Assembly: GCA_002418965.1 (NCBI GenBank) | Contig: DIFD01000022.1 | Span: 142,070 to 206,069 of the forward strand | Source of the DNA: Peptococcaceae bacterium UBA5757 | GTDB taxonomy: Bacteria > Bacillota > Dehalobacteriia > UBA4068 | Direction of reading: 5' to 3' | Length of the DNA: 64,000 nucleotides | Position numbers and translations under genes: made by a program | Notes under the pieces: model-generated | Told to the model about the DNA's origin: nothing | Databases searched by the model: none | What the model saw: only the letters and a program-made list of their open reading frames with translations | Shown: piece after piece, positions 40,458-49,947 of the stretch | Layout: every line of letters starts with the position of its first letter | Numbering within the stretch: the first letter of the stretch is position 1

Positions 40458-41228
40458 TTATTGTTTGGTTTTTTCTTGTGCTAAAAAAGAATCCAAAATG
40501 AGCTTAAACTGTCCAAACTGGTCCAGATACGAATAGTGGCCGGCCGACTTTAAAACTGCAAGACCGCTGTCCGGAATTTTTTGTTCCATCAGTTTGGCAT
40601 CGGAAAGAGGCGTCGCCGTGTCGTTTTCTCCCCATACCAAAAGCGTCGGCACAGATATTTTCGGTAAAAGATCGCTCAAGTCTTCATTGACCACGCGGAC
40701 AAAGATCTGCCGCATGATGCCACCCGCCTGTTTATAATCGCTGGAAGGATTGCTTTTAAGCCATACCTGTAAGGCCTTTTCTTGATAGCGGCATAAACCG
40801 GGCAGGCTCATCACTTTTTTAGCCGCTTTGTAGCTATAAACACGCAGGTAGTAATCCGGACCGCGTTTGGGCCGGATTCCCGCGCTGTCAACTAAAATAA
40901 TCTTGGAACAAAGCCCCTCCGAACCTAAAATGATGGTGAGCCGCCCACCGAAAGAATGTCCGATTACAATCGGCGTTTTAATCTGCATTGCAGCAAAAAA
41001 ATGCTGCGCAAATTCCGCATAATCATAGACACTCCAAACCGCTTGTGGCACGGTACTTTTTCCAAAACCAGGCAAATCGATACTATAAACGGTAAAATCC
41101 TTTTCCAAATACTGATGCACGGGAGTCAAAGCCTCCAGGCTTACCCCCCATCCATGCAGCAAAACAACCGGGTAGCCTTCACCCGATTGATGGTAATTGA
41201 CTTTAATTCCGTCCAACAACAAATCCAT
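40458..41228 (-). CDS. alpha/beta-fold hydrolase
   Basis: 256 aa. HGWG oxyanion motif, GHSFGG nucleophile elbow. Confidence 0.75.
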   Translation of the reverse strand: MDLLLDGIKVNYHQSGEGYPVVLLHGWGVSLEALTPVHQYLEKDFTVYSIDLPGFGKSTVPQAVWSVYDYAEFAQHFFAAMQIKTPIVIGHSFGGRLTIILGSEGLCSKIILVDSAGIRPKRGPDYYLRVYSYKAAKKVMSLPGLCRYQEKALQVWLKSNPSSDYKQAGGIMRQIFVRVVNEDLSDLLPKISVPTLLVWGENDTATPLSDAKLMEQKIPDSGLAVLKSAGHYSYLDQFGQFKLILDSFLAQEKTKQ

Positions 41229-41262
41229 ACGGTTATCTTACTCCTCATAGGTTTAAAAAATT

Positions 41263-42804
41263 TTAAGTCAAAGAGCGATCCAAAGAACGGTATTGGATTG
41301 CTTCGGCGATATGTTCCACGGTTATGGCGTCCTGTCCGTCCAAGTCGGCAATGGTGCGGGCCACTTTCAAAATACGGTCATGAGCCCGGGCCGAAAGTTG
41401 CAGGTAGCGAAATGCTTCGGCCAACATCTCTTTGGCTGCCGGCTCCAAGCAGCAGTATTTTTCCACATCTCTTCTTCCCATCTGGCTGTTACAGGTATAG
41501 GATGTGCCTTTATAGCGATCTTGCTGGATTTTTCGGGCCGCTTCCACACGGGCGCGGATTTGCGCCGAAGAATCGGTCTTCTCAACCGACGAGATATCTT
41601 TATATTTTACTCTCGGAACTTCCATATGGATATCGATCCTATCCCACAAGGGACCGGAAATCTTTTGCCGGTATTTCTGGATCTGGTGCGGCGTACAAAC
41701 GCATTCCTTTAAAGTATCGCCCAAATAGCCGCAGGGACAAGGATTTAAAGCCCCTACAAGCTGGAATTGCGCCGGGAAAGAAACCCTGGCATTGACACGG
41801 GCTACGGTAATCATATGATCTTCCAGCGGTTGACGCAACGCTTCCAAAACATCCCGTGTAAATTCCGGCATTTCGTCCAAAAATAAGACGCCGTGGCTGG
41901 CAAGGCTCACCTCTCCGGGCTTGGGATTGGCTCCCCCGCCGATAATGCTGGCCGATGACGCCCCATGGTGCGGCGCGCGGAACGGGCGGCGGGTGATCAA
42001 AGCTTGTTCTTTGGGCAACAGCCCGGCAATGCTATATAATTTGGTTACTTCAATGCTCTCTTCCAAAGTCATGTCAGGTAAAATAGAAGGCAAGCGGCGG
42101 GCCAACATGGTTTTGCCGGAACCGGGAGGACCGATCAAAAGCACATTGTGCCCACCGGCCGCCGCAATCTCCAAAGCCCGTTTGACGCCTTCCTGCCCTT
42201 TGACGTCGGCCATATCAACATCCTCTTGACCGCTTTGCCGCGCGGAAAAAACCGCAGCCAAATCGATCTTTAACGGTTGGGGTTGCTCTTCACCCGATAA
42301 AATCATGGCCAGTTCCCGCAAGTGAGGAATCGGATAGATTTGCAAACCCGTCACAATAGCCGCTTCCGGCGCGTTTTCTGCAGGCAGGAAAAAACCCGTA
42401 ATTGCTTCTTCTTTTTGGAGGCAATCTGCGATGGCCAGGCCCCCCGATATGGGACGAATGGCCCCTTCCAAAGACAACTCACCACAAAAAGCGGAACTTT
42501 GCAACAAATCGGATGCGGGGATCTGCCCCGTTGCCGTCAAGATTCCGACAGCGATCGGCAAATCAAACAGAGAGCCTTCTTTTTTGACGTCTGCAGGAGC
42601 CAGGTTTACTGTTATGCGCCGCAAGGGGAACTCAAAGCCGGAATTGCGGATGGCGGCGCGCACACGCTCTTTGCTTTCTTTTACGGAAGCATCGGGCAAA
42701 CCAACGATATCAAAAGCAGGCAACCCGGAGCTGACATCGACTTCGACTTGGACTCTATACCCTTCCATTCCCCAAAAAGCGCAGCTTGAGATGATTGACA
42801 GCAA
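41263..42804 (-). CDS. comM: Mg-chelatase-like AAA+ ATPase ComM/YifB
   Basis: 513 aa. Lon-like N-domain, AAA+ with LLIGPPGSGKTMLARR, C-terminal ChlI domain. Confidence 0.9.
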   Translation of the reverse strand: MLSIISSCAFWGMEGYRVQVEVDVSSGLPAFDIVGLPDASVKESKERVRAAIRNSGFEFPLRRITVNLAPADVKKEGSLFDLPIAVGILTATGQIPASDLLQSSAFCGELSLEGAIRPISGGLAIADCLQKEEAITGFFLPAENAPEAAIVTGLQIYPIPHLRELAMILSGEEQPQPLKIDLAAVFSARQSGQEDVDMADVKGQEGVKRALEIAAAGGHNVLLIGPPGSGKTMLARRLPSILPDMTLEESIEVTKLYSIAGLLPKEQALITRRPFRAPHHGASSASIIGGGANPKPGEVSLASHGVLFLDEMPEFTRDVLEALRQPLEDHMITVARVNARVSFPAQFQLVGALNPCPCGYLGDTLKECVCTPHQIQKYRQKISGPLWDRIDIHMEVPRVKYKDISSVEKTDSSAQIRARVEAARKIQQDRYKGTSYTCNSQMGRRDVEKYCCLEPAAKEMLAEAFRYLQLSARAHDRILKVARTIADLDGQDAITVEHIAEAIQYRSLDRSLT

Positions 42805-42995
42805 ACCAAACCCTCTTTTCTGATCAACATAATATAGGTATTAATCATTAATTTCTATTAGTTTCGCCATTTTATATCCTTTCCCTTCAATTGGATTTAT
42901 GAATAAAAATATAAAATTATATTTATGCTCTTGATAAATTATGATATACTTTTTACGATTCAACATAGATACACACTCGAAAGGGGCTATTAAAA

Positions 42996-44306
42996 ATGGC
43001 AAATATCAAGGCTTTTCGGGCCTGGCGGTATGACCAAAATAAAGCCGGCAAAATAGAAGAGCTCTACACTCCCCCCTATGATATTATCAACGAAAAAATG
43101 CAGGATGATTTTTATCAAATCAACCCCTATAATATGATCCGTTTGGAATGGGGCAAAAAATATCCCGATGATACTCAAAAAAATAATCGTTATACCCGAG
43201 CCGCCACCGATTATGACAAATGGCGTAAAGAGGGCATTCTCTTGCGCGATGCCGAGCCTGCATTTTACCTTTACCGTCAGACTTTTGAGACTAACGGACA
43301 AACCAAAACCAGAAACGGCGTTCTGGCCACCATCCGCGCCGAAGGTTATGAATCCGGCGCTGTTTTGCCGCATGAAGATACTTTACCCAAACACAAAGCC
43401 GACCGGCTGGAACTAATGCGCCATACATTCGCCAATTTTAGCCCTATTTTTGGCCTTTACGCACAAGAAAGCCGCCATATTGACCGCCAGCTGGACACAG
43501 AGGCAAAAAAACAACATCCGGTCATTGATTTTAGCGATGCAGACGGTGTGAAGCATTCCATCTGGAAAATTGACAATCCAGATGTGGTGACTCATATCGA
43601 AGCTCAGTTTGCGAACTTAAAAATCTACATCGCCGATGGACATCACCGTTACGAAACGGCTTCCTTCTTTGCCAAAGAAACAGAAGGCAAGGGCATCATC
43701 AACCATGACCGCATCTTGATTGCTCTGGTCAATCTCTATGATCCAGGGCTCGTTATTTTGCCGACCCACCGTCTGATCAAAAATATCCCGGATTTCGATC
43801 TGAACGAATTTATCGGCCAATTGATCATATCCGGTTTTATCCTAACCAAAATGGAAAGTAAAGACAGGACAAAAGCCCTCTCCATGTTGCTCGAGGGCAT
43901 GGCAAAAGGAGGAAAAGAAATCCCGTCTTTTGGGCTGTACGCTCAAGGACAATTCTATCTGCTACAAATCCATAATAAACATGGCGCCCTATATCTTGTC
44001 GATCAGCAAAAATCCGATGCTTACCGGGAGCTCGACGTTACACTCCTGCATACATTGATCCTGGAAAACCTGCTGGGCATCAGTCCCAAAGAATTAGCCG
44101 AAGAAGGCTGGGTGGATTACACCCAAAGCACAACAGAAGCCTTGGAAAAAGTGGATAACGGTCAATCCCAGATGGCATTTCTCTTAAACAGCACATTGGT
44201 GGAAGAATTATTAGCAGTCGCGGACTCAAAAGATAAAATGCCACAAAAATCGACCTTCTTTTATCCGAAGATGGTCGCAGGATTGCTTATCAACCAATTA
44301 GACTAG
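42996..44306 (+). CDS. DUF1015 family protein
   Basis: 436 aa. Conserved ...YTPPYDIIN... and ...IADGHHRYETA... signatures of DUF1015. Confidence 0.75.
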   Translation: MANIKAFRAWRYDQNKAGKIEELYTPPYDIINEKMQDDFYQINPYNMIRLEWGKKYPDDTQKNNRYTRAATDYDKWRKEGILLRDAEPAFYLYRQTFETNGQTKTRNGVLATIRAEGYESGAVLPHEDTLPKHKADRLELMRHTFANFSPIFGLYAQESRHIDRQLDTEAKKQHPVIDFSDADGVKHSIWKIDNPDVVTHIEAQFANLKIYIADGHHRYETASFFAKETEGKGIINHDRILIALVNLYDPGLVILPTHRLIKNIPDFDLNEFIGQLIISGFILTKMESKDRTKALSMLLEGMAKGGKEIPSFGLYAQGQFYLLQIHNKHGALYLVDQQKSDAYRELDVTLLHTLILENLLGISPKELAEEGWVDYTQSTTEALEKVDNGQSQMAFLLNSTLVEELLAVADSKDKMPQKSTFFYPKMVAGLLINQLD

Positions 44307-44320
44307 ACCCTTTACTAAAT

Positions 44321-44358
44321 AAATAAAGCAGCTGGAATAACCAGCTGCTTTATTTATT
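44321..44358 (+). terminator. bidirectional rho-independent terminator
   Basis: aaagcagctgg-aataa-ccagctgcttt flanked by A/T runs. Confidence 0.65.
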
Positions 44359-44462
44359 GTGCATTATTTTATCTTACATTAAATAATATAATATATTAAT
44401 ATTTGTATATATGCTTGAATATAACTTAAATGCCATTTTTACTTTACTAAAAAGTTTATGGA

Positions 44463-45371
44463 TTATGCTTTCCGTTCCATAAAATAAACCGGGATTTGCG
44501 CCAGAATGTCCGTGCCTTGCGTAAATATTTTCAATGATTTTTGGGCTTTTTCAACGGCTACTTGTCCCATACGTTTAGCCTCCTGCAATCCAAACACAAG
44601 CGGATACGTACATTTAATATTTTTCAAATCGCTACCCGTCGGTTTACCCATCATTTCGGGATCGCCCGTTACATCCAAAATATCATCCGCAATCTGAAAG
44701 GCCAAGCCGATTTCCCGGCCGTATTGCCGTAATGCTTTGATTTCATCTTCGTTGGCGCCGGCTAATATTGCCGCACTGACGATGGAAGCAATAAACAAAG
44801 CCCCCGTTTTGTTGTCATGGATATAATCCAGGCAGCGGATATCCAGATTTTGTCCTTCCCACTCCATATCCAAGACTTGTCCTACAATCATTCCACCGAC
44901 TCCGGCAAGCCAGGCAACTTCATTGACAGCCCGAAGCAAACGCTCAGGATTGGCATAGGGCGCAACTTGAAGCATCGCGTTAAAAGCATACGTCAAAAGG
45001 GCATCCCCAGCTAGAATAGCCTGCGCTTCGCCAAATACTTTGTGGCAGGTTGGCTTTCCCCTACGGTAATCATCATCATCCATACTGGGCAGATCGTCAT
45101 GGATTAAAGAATAGGTATGGATCATCTCCAATGCGCAAGCAAACGGCAAAAAGTGGTTAATATCTATTTGGCTTTCTTGCCGATTTTGCTGGTTCAAAAG
45201 CTCCATCGTGGTTATAAATAAGGCAGGGCGTAAACGTTTCCCTCCGGCAAAAACGCTATAGCGCATGGCTTCATACAATACCTTTTCCGCTCCTTGAGCT
45301 TTTGGCAATAATTCTTCCAGACAATTGTTTACCAAAGCAGCTTTGCTCTCTAAATATGACCTTAAATCCAT
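44463..45371 (-). CDS. ispA: (2E,6E)-farnesyl/geranyl diphosphate synthase (polyprenyl synthetase)
   Basis: FARM motif LIHDDLPSMDDDDYRRGKPT and second DD-rich motif (FQIADDILD). Start taken at MDLRSYL (the ORF extends to 45464). Confidence 0.85.
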   Translation of the reverse strand: MDLRSYLESKAALVNNCLEELLPKAQGAEKVLYEAMRYSVFAGGKRLRPALFITTMELLNQQNRQESQIDINHFLPFACALEMIHTYSLIHDDLPSMDDDDYRRGKPTCHKVFGEAQAILAGDALLTYAFNAMLQVAPYANPERLLRAVNEVAWLAGVGGMIVGQVLDMEWEGQNLDIRCLDYIHDNKTGALFIASIVSAAILAGANEDEIKALRQYGREIGLAFQIADDILDVTGDPEMMGKPTGSDLKNIKCTYPLVFGLQEAKRMGQVAVEKAQKSLKIFTQGTDILAQIPVYFMERKA

Positions 45372-45411
45372 TGATGGCTGACCCCTTTCGCCTTTAGCAT
45401 CTGATTCAACA

Positions 45412-45645
45412 TTAATTGGGTTTGATCTCCTCGAACCTGTTTTGGACATCATTAAGCCAAACACGACAATTTTGGATCAAATGAACACCTTCGGCATATT
45501 TTTCCAATAAGTCTTCCAAGACCACGTCGGAAGCTTCCATCTCTTTGATCAGGTCTTCTAAGCGGTTTAGAGACTCCTCGAACCCGGGCTTTTGCTTGGA
45601 AGACTTATTGGGATTACCCTTTTTAATTCCCGTATCCTCTTTCAA
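45412..45645 (-). CDS. xseB: exodeoxyribonuclease VII small subunit
   Basis: 77 aa. FEESLNRLEDLIKEME... XseB helix hairpin. No adjacent xseA. Confidence 0.85.
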   Translation of the reverse strand: MKEDTGIKKGNPNKSSKQKPGFEESLNRLEDLIKEMEASDVVLEDLLEKYAEGVHLIQNCRVWLNDVQNRFEEIKPN

Positions 45646-45723
45646 GTATGACCTCTCCTTTTTCTCTTCTTAGCTCTTTTACTGGAAGCATTTGCATACA
45701 GTTCATCAATCATTCGACTTTTA

Positions 45724-45752
45724 TTGACAGAGAACAACAAAAATATTACAAT
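45724..45752 (+). promoter_or_regulatory. sigma-A-like promoter TTGACA-17-TACAAT for the PspC-domain gene
   Basis: TTGACA 45724-45729, TACAAT 45747-45752. Confidence 0.5.
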
Positions 45753-45798
45753 AAATCATAGTTTGGTTGTTTGATTTTTTTGTTTGGAGGAATTGATT

Positions 45799-46011
45799 AT
45801 GGCTGAAAAAAAACTCTACCGCTCCCAAAAAAATAAAGTGCTTGCCGGCATATGCGGCGGTATCGGCGAACGGTTTGGAATCGATCCTACGATTGTCCGT
45901 GTGATTTGGGTGGTTATTTCTTTCTTTCTGGGGTATTTCATCGGCGGTTTGGTTCTTTATATTATCCTCATCTTTATCATTCCCCAAGAACCTGATTATT
46001 TCGATGTCTAA
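45799..46011 (+). CDS. PspC-domain small membrane protein
   Basis: MAEKKLYRSQKNKVLAGICGGIGERFGIDPTIVRV... PspC domain + TM helix. The ORF-track start at 45784 is upstream of the likely ATG. Confidence 0.7.
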   Translation: MAEKKLYRSQKNKVLAGICGGIGERFGIDPTIVRVIWVVISFFLGYFIGGLVLYIILIFIIPQEPDYFDV

Positions 46012-46021
46012 ATCTTAAGCC

Positions 46022-46056
46022 AAGCAGCCTGCAATTCAGGCTGCTTATTTTTTTTG
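46022..46056 (+). terminator. rho-independent terminator (overlaps the lgt stop codon on the opposite strand)
   Basis: aagcagcctg-caatt-caggctgctt-atttttttt. Confidence 0.65.
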
Positions 46057-46863
46057 TTTTTTAGATTTATTTTTTTTAATATGAGAGGCTGTACTCTTTG
46101 TCACAGGAATGGCCTTGGCAACATCGACCGCAGGTTTATTTTTTAGTAAACGTAACAGAATAACTCCGGCCACGACCCCAAGACCGGAAACTACCATGGC
46201 GGCCGAAAATGGCCCGAACATAAGGCTATCCGTGCGAAAATATTCCACAAAAAACCGTCCGATCGAATAAAAAACCAAATAGCTGGCGAAAATACTGCCG
46301 ATTTTATGTTTTTTCCGGATCAAAATCATCAGAACAAAAAAAACGCCTACATCCCAAAGGCTTTCATATAAAAAAGTAGGGTGACGGTATGCACCGTCGA
46401 TATACATGGCCCAGGGAACAGTCGTCACATAACCGTAGGCTTCCTGGTTAAAAAAGTTCCCCCAGCGTCCGATAGCTTGTCCCAGTACTAAAGAGGGCAC
46501 CAAAAGATCGGCCCAAAGCAAAAACTTAAGCTTATGTTTATGGCAGTAGATGAGCGAAACGATTAATGCCGCGATAATCCCGCCATGAATCGCCATTCCA
46601 CCCGTCCAAGTCTTAAAAATCAGAACAGGATTTTGTGAATAATAAGATAAATTACATAGTACATAATATAATCTGGCACCGACCACGGCAAAAGGGAGGA
46701 TTAACAAACAAAGATTTAATAAGTCATTGACATCCAAATGCTGCCTTTTTGCCTCACGGTAGGCCAAAATAACCCCGACCGCCATGGCCAAACTCATCAA
46801 AACCCCGTACCAACGTACGGTAAAATAGCCTATTTGAAAAGCAATCGCAGAATCTGGCGTCAT
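46045..46863 (-). CDS. lgt: prolipoprotein diacylglyceryl transferase
   Basis: 272 aa. Lgt signature (GARLYYV..., G.RWGNF... region), Lys-rich C-tail. Confidence 0.9.
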   Translation of the reverse strand: MTPDSAIAFQIGYFTVRWYGVLMSLAMAVGVILAYREAKRQHLDVNDLLNLCLLILPFAVVGARLYYVLCNLSYYSQNPVLIFKTWTGGMAIHGGIIAALIVSLIYCHKHKLKFLLWADLLVPSLVLGQAIGRWGNFFNQEAYGYVTTVPWAMYIDGAYRHPTFLYESLWDVGVFFVLMILIRKKHKIGSIFASYLVFYSIGRFFVEYFRTDSLMFGPFSAAMVVSGLGVVAGVILLRLLKNKPAVDVAKAIPVTKSTASHIKKNKSKKQKK

Positions 46864-47132
46864 TCAAGTACACCCCTAATTTTATTTATGAGAATTTTTT
46901 CTTAATAATTTTACCTGTCTAACGTCGTCCGGGTTAAAGTCAAATATCCCACGTCACGTCATATACACCGCAAGCTAGTGTAAACAGCTTTGCGGATTTG
47001 TTCTGTGGCTATTATATCATCGATATGCCCCAAATCCAAACAAATTTGCTGGCGCTTCGATAGAAATTGATTTATACTATTATTTATTACCCAAGTTACA
47101 TCAAAAAATAACAAAGAACAAGGACTAAAAAA

Positions 47133-48050
47133 ATGAACACAAAACAATTTGATTTTAAACCGATTACGATCGAGGATAAAGAAGTCTTTCAGGCCCATTT
47201 TAAAAACCATATCTTCAATACCTTTACTTTTAATTTTACCAGCTTCTTTATTTGGAGAAACTGGGACCCTTTTCTTTGGACAGAGGTAAATGGCGCCATC
47301 TGTGTCAAAACCACATTCCAGGGTGATGCCATTCTTTGCCCCTTTGCCGATAATGACCAGGCTATCTTAGACGCTACGGAAACCATGATCAACTGGTACG
47401 CCGAGCGGGGGGTTCCCTTTTTGATGGTGGACGTACCGCAGACCATGTTGGAGTTCTTTGAACGCAATATGCCCCAACGCTTCCAAGTATGCTACAAACC
47501 CGAATATGCCGAATATGTCTATGACGTTTCTGACCTAGCCAATCTGGAAGGCAAAAAATATACCAAAAAACGCAACCATATCCATCAATTCATCCGTAAT
47601 AATCCCGACTATCAGTTTGTTCCCATGACCAAAGATTTGATTCCGGCCTGCCGCAGACAGCTTGAACTATGGTATTCACTAAACAAAAAATCACGCACTC
47701 TGACCATTGAAAAAGAGGCAATTGAATCTGCCTGGCAATACATGGACAGGCTTGATTATACAGGAGCCTGCCTGATGCTGGGAGACCGCGTGATCGGGTT
47801 TACCATAGGTGAGCCTTTAAACGATGAAATGGTAGGCATCCATATCGAAAAAGCCGACCCCGAAATCAACGGTGCCTACACACTACTCAATCAATTATTT
47901 GTCAAGACCTATTGGCAGGATTACAAATACATTAACCGTGCCGAAGACATGGGGTTACCAGGCTTACGTAAAGCTAAACTCAGTTATTATCCCTGCCGTA
48001 TGGAAAAACGCTACCAATTGCGTGTCGAACAGTCTGAAACAAGAGGATGA
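47133..48050 (+). CDS. DUF2156-like protein (free-standing homologue of the MprF C-terminal aminoacyl-tRNA-dependent transferase domain; GNAT-like fold)
   Basis: 305 aa. Motif ...EGKKYTKKRNHIHQF... resembling the conserved GKK..K.RN..N.F segment of LPG-synthase C-domains. Call made from memory of the family. Confidence 0.55.
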   Translation: MNTKQFDFKPITIEDKEVFQAHFKNHIFNTFTFNFTSFFIWRNWDPFLWTEVNGAICVKTTFQGDAILCPFADNDQAILDATETMINWYAERGVPFLMVDVPQTMLEFFERNMPQRFQVCYKPEYAEYVYDVSDLANLEGKKYTKKRNHIHQFIRNNPDYQFVPMTKDLIPACRRQLELWYSLNKKSRTLTIEKEAIESAWQYMDRLDYTGACLMLGDRVIGFTIGEPLNDEMVGIHIEKADPEINGAYTLLNQLFVKTYWQDYKYINRAEDMGLPGLRKAKLSYYPCRMEKRYQLRVEQSETRG

Positions 48051-48053
48051 ACT

Positions 48054-49139
48054 ATGGAATTTAAATTTGCCGCCAAAAAAGACTTCTCCGCCATTAAAAA
48101 TTTATGGGCTTGCTCTTTTGAAAGTTACGAGCCTTATTTCAGCTGGTATTTTAATTCCGTTTACCAACCGAAAAAAACTTTGTGCTGTTTTGATACCGAC
48201 TATAAGCAGAACGTTTTGTTGGCCGACTTACAATTTGCGGATTACAAATTGCAAATTAGAGATCAAATCATGCCCATTACCTTTTTTGTCGGCGTGATTA
48301 CCAATCCCCTTTACCGTGGCAAACATATCGGTGAAAAACTCATGAAAGAGGCCCTGCAGTATCTTTACGAGCACAAGATACCGCTTGCTTGCCTCTACCC
48401 GGAAGCTCCTGTCTTTTATCAAAAGCTGGGATTTGAATATTGCTATGAGGAAACGCAATCTTATTTACTCCCCCAAAGCTACAAAAATTTGTTCTCAGAT
48501 CCCAACTGGAAGATACTGGATAATCAAAATTTTGCGGATTGGGACTGGAAATCGATCGATAAAATCTACCGACAGCAGAACAAATCAGCAAATGGTTGGA
48601 TTGTAAGGCGTAAAAAAGACTGGTTCGTCTTCGTCGGCGAAGCGATTTGCGACCAGTCACAAATGATACTTTATTCCCAAGAAGAAAACCCGCAAGCTTA
48701 TCTGCTCTTACTACCTAAAAAAGAGTATTTTTTAGTCCGGGAATTTGCCGGGTTATCTCCCACACAGCAATCTCTTTTGGAAACCGGTCAAACAAAACCC
48801 TCGGTAATGGGTCGGATCATCGACGCAAAACAGGTTTTGCAACAAATCCGTTATCCTAAAGGGCTTGAGACAAAAATCAGCTATTTTCTCAAAGATGACC
48901 AGATTAAAGAAAACAACGGTCATTATCTGTTGACCGTTGCTAATCAAAAAGGCGTATTGGAATCGGCAAACTCCGCCCGGTTTCATTTGGGTATCCCCGA
49001 GTTAACTTCCATGGTCTGGGGCTATCGGTCCGCTACGGAATTAGCGCAAAACAATAGGCTGTTTGCCCCCAGCGATCAGATCGAAATACTGGATCGCATC
49101 TTCCCAAAACAAATCAACAAAACCACGCACCGGACCTAA
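48054..49139 (+). CDS. GNAT family N-acetyltransferase, Eis-like (GNAT + C-terminal SCP2-like region)
   Basis: 361 aa. Acetyl-CoA motif ...NPLYRGKHIGEKLMKEAL..., ...KLGFEY.... Start 4 nt after the upstream gene stop (operonic). Confidence 0.6.
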   Translation: MEFKFAAKKDFSAIKNLWACSFESYEPYFSWYFNSVYQPKKTLCCFDTDYKQNVLLADLQFADYKLQIRDQIMPITFFVGVITNPLYRGKHIGEKLMKEALQYLYEHKIPLACLYPEAPVFYQKLGFEYCYEETQSYLLPQSYKNLFSDPNWKILDNQNFADWDWKSIDKIYRQQNKSANGWIVRRKKDWFVFVGEAICDQSQMILYSQEENPQAYLLLLPKKEYFLVREFAGLSPTQQSLLETGQTKPSVMGRIIDAKQVLQQIRYPKGLETKISYFLKDDQIKENNGHYLLTVANQKGVLESANSARFHLGIPELTSMVWGYRSATELAQNNRLFAPSDQIEILDRIFPKQINKTTHRT

Positions 49140-49161
49140 AGAAGGCTCCGGTTTTTTATTT

Positions 49162-49947
49162 TTATACCTCCAGGCAAATCCCTACGGGGCAATGGTCTGA
49201 ACCCAAGACCTCGGGTATGATAAAAGCATCCGTGAGAGCATCTTTAAGCGATTGCGAGGCAAAAAAATAATCGATCCTCCAGCCCACATTGCGGCCTCTC
49301 GCTCTGGTTTTCATATCCCACCAACTATAATTGTGCTCTTCCTGACAAAACAGACGAAAGGTATCCAGAAAGCCCAAGTCCAAAAATTCATCGATCCATT
49401 GCCGCTCGATGGGCATAAAGCCGGAATGATTGACGTTTTCCTTCGGCCTGGCCAAATCGATCTCCCGATGCGCCGTATTGACATCGCCGCAAAGTAAGAT
49501 CGGCCTCTTGCTCTCCTTACAATAAGTGCTGATTGCCTGGCAAAATTCCAGCTTATAATTAAGCCGTTCTTCTCCCGAACCCCCGTTGGGGAAATAAGCG
49601 TTAATCAGCTGAAAAGCGTCGTAATCCAAAATCAAAACGCGGCCTTCGCGGTCATATTTATCCTCCCCGATTCCATAACGTACGGAGTTGGGCTCAATCT
49701 TGCTGTATACAGCCACACCGCTGTACCCCGGACGCTCAGCCGCAAAAAAATAACCGTGATACCCAGGAAACTCCAGCAACTCTTGTGGCAATTGATCTTC
49801 TTTGACCTTTGTTTCCTGCAGGCAGATCACATCGGGATCGATCATAGACATCGTTTCTCTAAAACCCTTTTGAGCAACGGAACGCAGGCCGTTAACATTC
49901 CAGGACAACAATTTTAGCTTTGTTTTATTGTTCATTCTGGTTCTCAC
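49162..49947 (-). CDS. xth: exodeoxyribonuclease III (Xth/ExoA)
   Basis: LLSWNVNGLR, EEP-fold catalytic residues, C-terminal ...SDHCPV... Confidence 0.9.
   Translation of the reverse strand: MRTRMNNKTKLKLLSWNVNGLRSVAQKGFRETMSMIDPDVICLQETKVKEDQLPQELLEFPGYHGYFFAAERPGYSGVAVYSKIEPNSVRYGIGEDKYDREGRVLILDYDAFQLINAYFPNGGSGEERLNYKLEFCQAISTYCKESKRPILLCGDVNTAHREIDLARPKENVNHSGFMPIERQWIDEFLDLGFLDTFRLFCQEEHNYSWWDMKTRARGRNVGWRIDYFFASQSLKDALTDAFIIPEVLGSDHCPVGICLEV

Noticed and set aside
40956-41795. 279-aa plus-strand ORF
   Set aside because: Lies antisense across the end of the alpha/beta-hydrolase gene and the start of comM, both with strong conserved motifs. Its protein is low-complexity (P/R/S-rich) with no SD. 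Antisense artefact.
42996-43373. 127-aa minus-strand ORF
   Set aside because: Antisense within the DUF1015 gene, which has clear family motifs.
45721-45987. 88-aa minus-strand ORF
   Set aside because: Antisense to the PspC-domain gene and its promoter. No SD. His/Asn-rich junk.
46959-47210. 83-aa minus-strand ORF upstream of lgt
   Set aside because: Overlaps the start of the DUF2156-like gene on the other strand. No SD, no domain. Likely spurious.
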